Shown: positions 32,750 to 40,244 of the stretch, in pieces
How the letters are laid out: every line of letters starts with the position of its first letter
Position numbering within the stretch: the first letter of the stretch is position 1
NCBI GenBank assembly: GCA_028681335.1
Contig: JAQUIT010000007.1
Location: forward strand, 950-64,949
Direction: 5' to 3'
Source of the DNA: Desulfuromonadaceae bacterium
GTDB lineage: Bacteria > Desulfobacterota > Desulfuromonadia > Geobacterales > Pseudopelobacteraceae
DNA: 64,000 nucleotides
Notes under the pieces: generated by a model
What the model was told of the DNA's origin: nothing
What the model saw: the letters and a program-made list of their open reading frames with translations, nothing else
Databases searched by the model: none
Program-made: the position numbers and the translations under genes

Positions 32750-33381
32750 AGTGTATGAATCAGGCACGGCTGTTGCCAACTATATTCGTTTTGTTGCTGG
32801 TGATGCTCCTGCTGGACAGCACCATCTGCACCGCACGTACCATTTCTCCTCTTGAAGGGCTGGAGGCTTTTCGCCGCGGCTTTGCCGGCATTACTGATTT
32901 CACCGCCGATATCACCCAGGAAAAACGGCTCTCCCTGATGAAACGGGCCATGGTGATGAACGGCTCGCTTCGCTTTAAAAAGCCCGATCTGTTTTTTATG
33001 GAGATAAACCCTCCCTTCAGCAGCCGTATGCTGCTGCGGGATACCGTCATTGAACAGGTCGCCGGCAGAGACAAAAGCCCCACCAGGATTGCACTTCCGC
33101 CGGAACAGGGGCTGAAACAGTGGTTTTCCAAACTGGCTGCACCGGTCACGTCGTTGCCGGACGGGGTTCAAGTGCGGGCCGACCTGACCAACTCCGTCTA
33201 CACCTTGACAATTTCCCCTGCAGACAAAGGGCAGGTCTCGGATATCTCCATAGTTTTTCTGGAGAACGGCACGGTCAGAAAGCTCGTTATTAACGAGAGG
33301 AACGGTGACCGGGCCACCATGACCCTTAAAAATGTACGCCGCAATGTCGGCCTGACCGAGAAGGATTTCCGGCTGGAATAG
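32746..33381 (+). CDS. LolA-like outer-membrane lipoprotein/lipid carrier protein
   Basis: 211 aa. Signal peptide, then FTADITQEKRLSLMKRAMVMNGSLRFKKPDLFFMEI, the LolA-family pattern. Confidence 0.75.
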   Translation: MKCMNQARLLPTIFVLLLVMLLLDSTICTARTISPLEGLEAFRRGFAGITDFTADITQEKRLSLMKRAMVMNGSLRFKKPDLFFMEINPPFSSRMLLRDTVIEQVAGRDKSPTRIALPPEQGLKQWFSKLAAPVTSLPDGVQVRADLTNSVYTLTISPADKGQVSDISIVFLENGTVRKLVINERNGDRATMTLKNVRRNVGLTEKDFRLE

Positions 33382-33395
33382 ATTGAGTATCAGGA

Positions 33396-33557
33396 GAGCC
33401 TCTTGCAAAAGTCACAAAAAGTTCCCTCACCTCTGGCGGGGAAGGGTTAGGGTGGGGGGGAGGTTGCCATGAAATCAGCATGTTGTAACTTCACCCACCC
33501 CCCCAACCCCCTCCCGTCAAGGGAGGGGGAGTCAAATTCTAAGACTTTTGCAAGAGC
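33396..33557. repeat. Composite palindromic G/C-tract element (REP/MITE-like) inside the cluster
   Basis: Outer arms CTCTTGCAAAAGTC (33400-33413) and GACTTTTGCAAGAG (33543-33556) are perfectly complementary. Inner arms are CCCTCACCTCTGGCGGGGAAGGGTTAGGGTGGGGGGG and CACCCACCCCCCCAACCCCCTCCCGTCAAGGGAGGGGG, imperfectly complementary. Confidence 0.85.
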
Positions 33558-33575
33558 CCCAGGAAAGAGTCCATT

Positions 33576-34271
33576 ATGCCGTTCTATCGATTACTAAAAC
33601 ATCTGCTGCCGCTTCTGCTGCTGACCGCGTGCGCCACGATCCCGACCCCGCTGCCCGATCACCGCCCGGGAGCGGTCATGGAAACACTCTCGTCTGCCGT
33701 ATCCATATCGATCCACACCGCAGGTCGGAGTATGGGTGGGAGCGGTTATCTGCTCTTTCGCCGCCCCGATCAACTCCATCTCGTGGTGCTCTCACCCTTT
33801 GGTACGACGATGCTGGAGGCCTTTGCCCTTGGAGACCGCATCACCCTGATCTATCCCTCCCGCTCAACCGCCTATGTGGGGCGTTTTGATGAGCTGCCCG
33901 AAAAGGGGGGCTTGCAGGGATGGCGTTTGATGCGCTGGGTGATGGATGCGGACCCTCGCGAAGCGGGGCAGCCGCTGAACGGAACGGTGGAACGCACCGG
34001 TGCGCTGGGAAGTTCTGAAAAGGTGACCTACGAGAACGGCCTGGTCACCGCCAAGGATTCTGCGAGCGGCGATCATGTCAGCTACAGCAGCTATAGCGTC
34101 GTCAACGGTGTCCCGGTTGCAGCGGAACTGGACCTGCGCAACGCGCGAGACAACCGGATCCGGATAACACTCGATGAGCCGGAGGTCAACACACACCTTG
34201 ATGATGCCGTTTTTGCGCCGCATCTTGACGGGTTGACGGTCATGCCCCTGTCGGCCATCAAGGGGCTTTAG
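33576..34271 (+). CDS. Lipoprotein (LolB/DUF3261-like, as found beside LolA-like genes in aryl-polyene-type clusters)
   Basis: 231 aa. Lipobox LLLTAC in MPFYRLLKHLLPLLLLTACA. No other motif is recognisable by eye. Confidence 0.55.
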   Translation: MPFYRLLKHLLPLLLLTACATIPTPLPDHRPGAVMETLSSAVSISIHTAGRSMGGSGYLLFRRPDQLHLVVLSPFGTTMLEAFALGDRITLIYPSRSTAYVGRFDELPEKGGLQGWRLMRWVMDADPREAGQPLNGTVERTGALGSSEKVTYENGLVTAKDSASGDHVSYSSYSVVNGVPVAAELDLRNARDNRIRITLDEPEVNTHLDDAVFAPHLDGLTVMPLSAIKGL

Positions 34272-34277
34272 AGCCGG

Positions 34278-36833
34278 ATGCCTCTGAAAACCGCCTTCCG
34301 GCTGACGTCACTGTTCAACGCCCTCACCCGCCGCCATCTGGAATGGCTCTTTCGGGTCACCACCACGAGGCCCCGGGCCGTCCTGGGCGCTTTTTTTATT
34401 TCGCTGCTGATCTCGGTCGCCGTGATCTCCACAACCCGCTTCGACTCCGATATCTTTCAGCTCTTCCCATCGCGCCAGCCTGCACTGAAGCTCCTGCTCG
34501 ACTCACTGCAGTGGAGCGGCAGCGCCAACGAAGCCTATTTTCTGCTGGAAGGGGAGAGTCAGGAGCTGCCCCGAGAGGCGGCGCGTTTTGCCGAACGTCT
34601 CCGTACGGCGCAGGTTGACGGGAAGCCGGCCTTCCGGCGCATCACCTGGAGAGTGTTCGACGAGAGTGAGGCCGCTTCCTTTACCGACTTCATCGCCTAC
34701 GCCGTGACCCATCCGCAACTGTTTATCGGCCCCGACGATGTCCCCGCTCTGCTGCAGCGCTTTACCCCCGCCTCAATGGACGAATCACTACGCCGGACCC
34801 AGGCCGATCTCGCCGGCCAGTTCGGCGGTGCCATGACCGGGTTGGCCAGTGCCGACCCGCTCCAGCTGCGGGATCTTATCCTGCCGCGCCTCAAGGCTGC
34901 AAGCCAGGCGCTCGACCTGGACCCGGACTCACCCTACTTCATCTCGCGGGATGGCAAGGTGCTCATCATGATCGCCGAGCCGGCCCGACCGGTACAGGAT
35001 ATGGTTTTTGCCCGCGCCCTGGTGGCGACCATCAACCAGGCGCGACAGGGGTCAACGGTCGCCATCTCCTGCGCCGGTGCCCATATCAGTGCGGTGCTGG
35101 ATGAGGCGGCGATGAAGTTCAATATTCTCGCCTGCATCATCTCCTCGCTCGTGGTGGTACTGGCGATCTTCTATGCGGTCTACCGTCGCCTCCTGCCCAC
35201 GCTGCTCCTGCCGCTGATCATCAGCGTCGGCGTTATCTTGGCGCTGGGGGTTGCCGGGGCGCTGCTCCCTTCGATCCACATCATCTCCTTTGCCTTTATG
35301 GCGCTTATCGTCGGTCTCGGGACCGACTATTCAATCCACCTCTATGACCGTTTTCACAGCGAACGGGCTGGCGGCAGAGATTCGGAGGAGGCGCTCCACC
35401 TGGCGGTTGTCGATACCGGCCACAGCCTTTTCACCGCTGCCACCACCACCTCCATGCCGTTCTTCGCCCTGATGCTCTCCGATGTGCGGGCCCTGTCCGA
35501 GTTGGGACTGCTGGTCGGGCTGGGGGTGCTGTTCTCGCTCTACACGACCTTCTTCTTTCTTCCGCCGCTCCTGGTGTTTATGGAAAAACGCTTTCCCGCC
35601 ACCTACCTGCCGATACCGGGTCTTGGCATGCGCCATATCTGGCGCCTGGCCGGCCGGTTTCCCCGTGCCGTCGTGACACTATCGCTTCTGATAGTCGTCA
35701 TTATGGCCGCGGCTTCCACCCGGACCTTCTTTGACGGTGATCTTAAAAACCTGCAGCCGCGCCATTCCGAGGCGTTTCTGGCCCAGGAGAAGATCGAGCG
35801 CCACCTGAGTCTGGCCCCCAAACAGCTGCTCGTAGCGGTGGAGGGGAAGGCGTTGGCAGAGGTGCTCCGGCGTGCGTCACTCGTGGATGGATTGGCCGGA
35901 AGGTGGCTGAGTAGCGGCCGTATCAGCAGTTGGTCGTCACTGGGACAGATTGTAAATAACCGTGACCGGCAGAGCGAGGTCAGCCGCGGCATCACCGCCG
36001 GGGCGGAGGGTGGCCTGCCGGTTATGAGCTTGAACGGAGTGCTGGAAAAGCAGGGGTTCGAGACCCGCCCCTTTCAGCCCTTCATTGCGGCGCTTTCCGG
36101 CGGTAGTGCCCTGACACCGGTGCCCGAAGAGGAGGCGCTTGCCCGGCTGAAAGCCTCGCCGCTGCGGGGAGTCGTTGAGCGCCATCTGGTGAAAGATGCC
36201 AACGGGTATCACGCGCTGCTCTATCTGTATTACCGGAATACCGGCTTTGACCAGAGCGCTTTTCTGCGCGAGCTGAGCGCAATCGATCCCACGGCACGGG
36301 TTACCAGTGTGGATCTGGTGAGCTCGCAACTGGCCACATCGGTCCGGCAGGGTTTCCTCCGGGCATTTCTGGTCGGCGGCCTGTTGGTGCTGTTTCTGCT
36401 CTTGTCCCATTTTAAATCCCCCGGCGGCATCTTCTACACGATGTTTCCGATAATTGCCGGTTCGCTGGCAATGTTGGGCCTCATGGCGTTCAGCGGAATG
36501 GGGCTCAATTTTATGAATGTCATGGTACTGGTGACGATCATCGGGATGGGGAGCGATTACGGTCTGCATCTCAGCCACCGGATTTCAACCGGTGATCCGC
36601 AGGGGAGAGAGAGTCGGTTCATCCAGGCCGGCCGGGCGGTGATCATGTCGGCGCTGACCACCATCGCCGGCTTCGGTTCCCTGGCGCTGGCCGATTACCC
36701 CGCCCTCGCCTCCATCGGCTGGGCCACAAATTTCGGGGTTGGGTGCACCGCTCTGTTTGCGCTGGTGACGTTACCGGCGGTTATGGTTCTGCTGCTGCGA
36801 CGGAGGGAGGCAGCGTGCGGTCAGCCGGAATAA
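34278..36833 (+). CDS. MMPL/RND-superfamily lipid exporter (two 6-TM bundles, two periplasmic loops)
   Basis: 851 aa. Duplicated hydrophobic blocks (around aa 280-440 and 700-840), each preceded by a long soluble loop. The architecture resembles HpnN/ApeM-type exporters. Confidence 0.8.
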   Translation: MPLKTAFRLTSLFNALTRRHLEWLFRVTTTRPRAVLGAFFISLLISVAVISTTRFDSDIFQLFPSRQPALKLLLDSLQWSGSANEAYFLLEGESQELPREAARFAERLRTAQVDGKPAFRRITWRVFDESEAASFTDFIAYAVTHPQLFIGPDDVPALLQRFTPASMDESLRRTQADLAGQFGGAMTGLASADPLQLRDLILPRLKAASQALDLDPDSPYFISRDGKVLIMIAEPARPVQDMVFARALVATINQARQGSTVAISCAGAHISAVLDEAAMKFNILACIISSLVVVLAIFYAVYRRLLPTLLLPLIISVGVILALGVAGALLPSIHIISFAFMALIVGLGTDYSIHLYDRFHSERAGGRDSEEALHLAVVDTGHSLFTAATTTSMPFFALMLSDVRALSELGLLVGLGVLFSLYTTFFFLPPLLVFMEKRFPATYLPIPGLGMRHIWRLAGRFPRAVVTLSLLIVVIMAAASTRTFFDGDLKNLQPRHSEAFLAQEKIERHLSLAPKQLLVAVEGKALAEVLRRASLVDGLAGRWLSSGRISSWSSLGQIVNNRDRQSEVSRGITAGAEGGLPVMSLNGVLEKQGFETRPFQPFIAALSGGSALTPVPEEEALARLKASPLRGVVERHLVKDANGYHALLYLYYRNTGFDQSAFLRELSAIDPTARVTSVDLVSSQLATSVRQGFLRAFLVGGLLVLFLLLSHFKSPGGIFYTMFPIIAGSLAMLGLMAFSGMGLNFMNVMVLVTIIGMGSDYGLHLSHRISTGDPQGRESRFIQAGRAVIMSALTTIAGFGSLALADYPALASIGWATNFGVGCTALFALVTLPAVMVLLLRRREAACGQPE

Positions 36834-36954
36834 TCTTTCCGTTTGAGACGGCGCAACCGTGTAGTATATCCATGTTTTCCTATCATTGCCTTCATGCTGT
36901 GCGTATGATAGGATTGGTTCCCTAATTCGAGAAGCAATTGAGGCAAGCAAACAT

Positions 36955-38541
36955 ATGGCGATGGTGATGAAACTCGACAAAACCCTCCGTGAACGGCGCA
37001 GCATCAACCGCTTGCTGGAGTTCCTCAAGCGGGATAACCTGACCGGCGAGCAGATGGAACGTATTGGCCGGAGATTGCAGAAGTCCGGTAAACGGGCGCT
37101 CTCACCGCTCGTGCGCAAGCTTTGGCGTGAGCAGAATGGCACCGCCATCTACCGTTATACCTGCATGCTCGATTTTTTCGATGCCTCGGCCTGGATGGAT
37201 CAGCTGATCCAGATTACGCTGCGGCGCAAGGATCTTGAAGAGGATGGCAAGCTGGCGCTGCTTGATGTCCTTCATGACAGCGGCATCGACGTCACCGCCC
37301 CACCCTTCGCCGCCATGACCGGTTACGGCTCACCGACACTGGAAGGTTTTGTTGACGACTGCCTGGGCGACCACGAACGCGGTCTGGTCAGGTTTGTGGA
37401 TAGTTTTCTTGATGTGGCCGACGAGTTCCGCGAGCGGATGATGGGGCGTCTTGCCGAGGTTGGCACTGCTGAAGCGGCGGCGCTTCTGGAAATCCTGGTG
37501 TCGTTCGAGAAGCAGGAGATCGTACGCGAAGCGATCAGCGCTCTTGGCCGTGCCAGAAGCGGCTACGCCCTCGATGTCCTCAAGCGCGCCGAAGAGCGCT
37601 TTGACGGGGAACTTGCCGATATGATCAGGCGCAGCATCAGGCGACTCTCTTTCGTCGGCATTAGCAATGCCGTATCATTACCGCGCTCTTTCCAACAGCC
37701 GCTCCCGTTTTACGAAGTGTATGCCGGTCCGGTCGATTTCTACGGTTCCCGCACACTCTGGTTTTCGTGGCAGCTGGATAACCAGAGTTTTGCCGCCATG
37801 CTGATCCTTACCGGTGAGGCTGACGGCATGTTGAATGCCATCAGCTACCGCATGAAGGACCAGAAAGAGTACGGCCATATTCTGAAAGATGTGGCCGGTG
37901 GCGAAATGCTGCTGCCGGTTGAACATGACTATGCCCTCGCTTCGTTGCGTGATGCACTGCACCGCAGCCGCGAAGGGGGATTTTACCTGCCGCCGGACTT
38001 CTACGTCGATATGCGCCTTTTCCGCCAGGACTCCCTGAAACCGGAAGCGTACATCCCCCGTTTCAAAATCAAGCATCTGGAAGACATCGTCGAGAAAATT
38101 CCTGCCCACGTCGCCACCAGCAATGAACTGTTGGACCAGCCGGGGCTCGAAGGGTGGGTGTTGACCGAGACGGCGCTCTACGATTCTGCCGAGCGTTTCA
38201 ATGCCATGGAAGCTGCCGGCATTGAAACCGTGATGCCTGAGGATGTTGAGCGGGAGATCACCCGCTGCTGTGAAGAGCTGATTGTGCCGCGCCGCGCCGA
38301 TATCATCAAACGGATGATGCTGACTGCGGATTACCTGCAGCAGATACAGGGAGATGAAAATGCGGTACAAAAGACGCTTGCCACCGCCTTAAGTCTTGTT
38401 GGCGGGTTTTTACCGGATTGCCGGCATCCTTTTATCCGGCGGCTGCTGCTGGACAGTGTGGACGCTGCCCGGCAGACGCTGGCAGAGGGATACGATCCGC
38501 GTCTTGAGGAAGGGTACGATGACGATGACTATGAAGAGTAA
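36955..38541 (+). CDS. Conserved-looking cytoplasmic protein of unknown function, acidic C-terminal tail
   Basis: Long ORF (opens at 36886; ATG 36955 = MAMVMKLDK...). No TM segment, signal peptide or recognisable motif. Ends EEGYDDDDYEE. Its last 11 nt overlap the gpsA start. Confidence 0.7.
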   Translation: MAMVMKLDKTLRERRSINRLLEFLKRDNLTGEQMERIGRRLQKSGKRALSPLVRKLWREQNGTAIYRYTCMLDFFDASAWMDQLIQITLRRKDLEEDGKLALLDVLHDSGIDVTAPPFAAMTGYGSPTLEGFVDDCLGDHERGLVRFVDSFLDVADEFRERMMGRLAEVGTAEAAALLEILVSFEKQEIVREAISALGRARSGYALDVLKRAEERFDGELADMIRRSIRRLSFVGISNAVSLPRSFQQPLPFYEVYAGPVDFYGSRTLWFSWQLDNQSFAAMLILTGEADGMLNAISYRMKDQKEYGHILKDVAGGEMLLPVEHDYALASLRDALHRSREGGFYLPPDFYVDMRLFRQDSLKPEAYIPRFKIKHLEDIVEKIPAHVATSNELLDQPGLEGWVLTETALYDSAERFNAMEAAGIETVMPEDVEREITRCCEELIVPRRADIIKRMMLTADYLQQIQGDENAVQKTLATALSLVGGFLPDCRHPFIRRLLLDSVDAARQTLAEGYDPRLEEGYDDDDYEE

Positions 38542-39568
38542 CGGGCCGGTTAAATTGTCAACCGGTGTTGAGCGGATTGCTGTTATCGGTGGCGGCAGCT
38601 GGGGTACAGCCCTTGCCGGGCGACTGGCGGCAAACGGTAATGATACGCTCTTGTGGGCCTACGAGCCGGAACTGGTGGCAGAGATCAACTCCAGCCATAC
38701 CAACTCGGCCTATCTGCCCGGCATCAACCTGCACCCGGCTCTGGTGTGCACGGGAGATCTGGCGGAGGCGGTTCGCGGGCGCGGTATCGTGTTGCTGGTC
38801 ACGCCGGTACAGGTCATGCGCGGAGTGCTGAAACAGCTTGCCCCTTACATCGGGGCTGATACGATCATAGCCAATGCCTCCAAAGGGATTGAACTCGAAA
38901 CACTCCAGACGGTTTCACAGATCTGCGGGGAACTGCTCGGCGAGGCTGCACTTGACCGCTACGTGGCGCTGTCAGGACCGACCTTCGCCCGCGAAGTCGC
39001 CCAGGAGCTCCCTTCGTTAATCGTCGCCGCGTCACGCAACCCGGGCGCTGCCGAGCGCGTTCAGGGGGCCTTCAGCTGTCCCTGCCTGCGGGTTTATACC
39101 AACAGTGATGTTGTCGGTGTTGAACTCGGCGGGGCGGTAAAGAACGTCATCGCCATCGCTGCCGGGATCTGTGACGGCCTCGGCTTTGGTCACAATGCCA
39201 GGGCAGCCCTGATTACCAGAGGGCTGGCGGAGATGAACCGCCTGGGGCAGGCCATGGGAGCTCAGGCAGCTACCTTTGCCGGTCTGGCAGGCATGGGGGA
39301 CCTGGTACTGACCTGTACCGGAGACCTTTCCCGCAACCGCACGGTCGGCTTCAAGCTTGGTCAGGGGATGAAACTGGCTGATATTCTTGCCGAGATGCGC
39401 ATGGTGGCCGAAGGGGTCAAAAGTTCCGAATCAGTGTATCAACTTGCGTGCCGTCTTGGTGTCGAGATGCCGATCGTCGAGAATACCTATCATATTCTGC
39501 ATGAAGACAAGCCGGCACGGCAGGCGGTCATGGAGCTGATGACGCGAGACCTGAAGGCCGAAGGCTGA
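38531..39568 (+). CDS. gpsA: NAD(P)H-dependent glycerol-3-phosphate dehydrogenase
   Basis: IAVIGGGSWGTALA dinucleotide fold, GVELGGAVKNVIAIAAG and LSRNRTVG. Candidate ATGs at 38519, 38525 and 38531. The listed ORF start at 38396 is an in-frame upstream extension. Confidence 0.93.
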   Translation: MKSNGPVKLSTGVERIAVIGGGSWGTALAGRLAANGNDTLLWAYEPELVAEINSSHTNSAYLPGINLHPALVCTGDLAEAVRGRGIVLLVTPVQVMRGVLKQLAPYIGADTIIANASKGIELETLQTVSQICGELLGEAALDRYVALSGPTFAREVAQELPSLIVAASRNPGAAERVQGAFSCPCLRVYTNSDVVGVELGGAVKNVIAIAAGICDGLGFGHNARAALITRGLAEMNRLGQAMGAQAATFAGLAGMGDLVLTCTGDLSRNRTVGFKLGQGMKLADILAEMRMVAEGVKSSESVYQLACRLGVEMPIVENTYHILHEDKPARQAVMELMTRDLKAEG

Positions 39569-39615
39569 ACGGGAACGTTCCAATAGCTGATTTACTTGGT
39601 GAACGAGCCAAAATA

Positions 39616-39685
39616 AACAGGGATGAGCAGGATGCTGCGGATATTTTTGATCCAGACAATCCTGGGCATCCCTGTTATTTTTTTA
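39616..39685 (+). terminator. Intrinsic terminator after gpsA
   Basis: AACAGGGATGAGCAGGAT pairs with ATCCTGGGCATCCCTGTT (10 bp + 2x2 internal loop + 6 bp), followed by ATTTTTTTA. Confidence 0.75.
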
Positions 39686-39702
39686 TCTGAAAGGGCATGG
39701 GT

Positions 39703-40176
39703 ATGAGAATTGGTCACGGTTATGACGTCCACCGTCTGGTAGAGGGAAGAAAGCTGATCATGGGTGGAGTGGACATCCACTATGAAAAGGGGCTGCTGGG
39801 ACATTCCGATGCCGATGTGCTGCTGCATGCGATTGCGGATGCTATCCTTGGCGCTCTCGGTGAAGGGGACATCGGCAGGCATTTTCCCGACACGGACCCG
39901 GCATTCAAGGGGGCCGACAGCCTGAAGCTTCTGGCACACGTGATGACTCTGGCTGATGAACGCGGTTACAAACTGGGCAACCTGGATGCAACAATCATTG
40001 CTCAGCGGCCGAAGATGGCGCCACATATACCGGTCATGTGCGCGAATATCGCGCGGGTTCTGAACAGCACGGTCGGGCAGATAAATGTCAAGGCAACCAC
40101 CGAAGAGGGGCTCGGTTTCACCGGCTTGGGAGAAGGAATTTCTGCTCATGCTGTGGTGCTTCTCATAAGAAGGTAA
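39703..40176 (+). CDS. ispF: 2-C-methyl-D-erythritol 2,4-cyclodiphosphate synthase
   Basis: [12 protein letters not shown]...[19 protein letters not shown], about 157 aa. Confidence 0.96.
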   Translation: MRIGHGYDVHRLVEGRKLIMGGVDIHYEKGLLGHSDADVLLHAIADAILGALGEGDIGRHFPDTDPAFKGADSLKLLAHVMTLADERGYKLGNLDATIIAQRPKMAPHIPVMCANIARVLNSTVGQINVKATTEEGLGFTGLGEGISAHAVVLLIRR

Positions 40177-40244
40177 TTCAGTGCCTGTTCTTTCTGCTCA
40201 AGTTTCAGTTGAGAACGGCAGATGTATAGAAGAGGAGGTATTTA

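Noticed and set aside
39592-40149. 185-aa ORF antisense to ispF
   Set aside because: ispF on the plus strand is unmistakable ([12 protein letters not shown]...). The antisense frame has no features.
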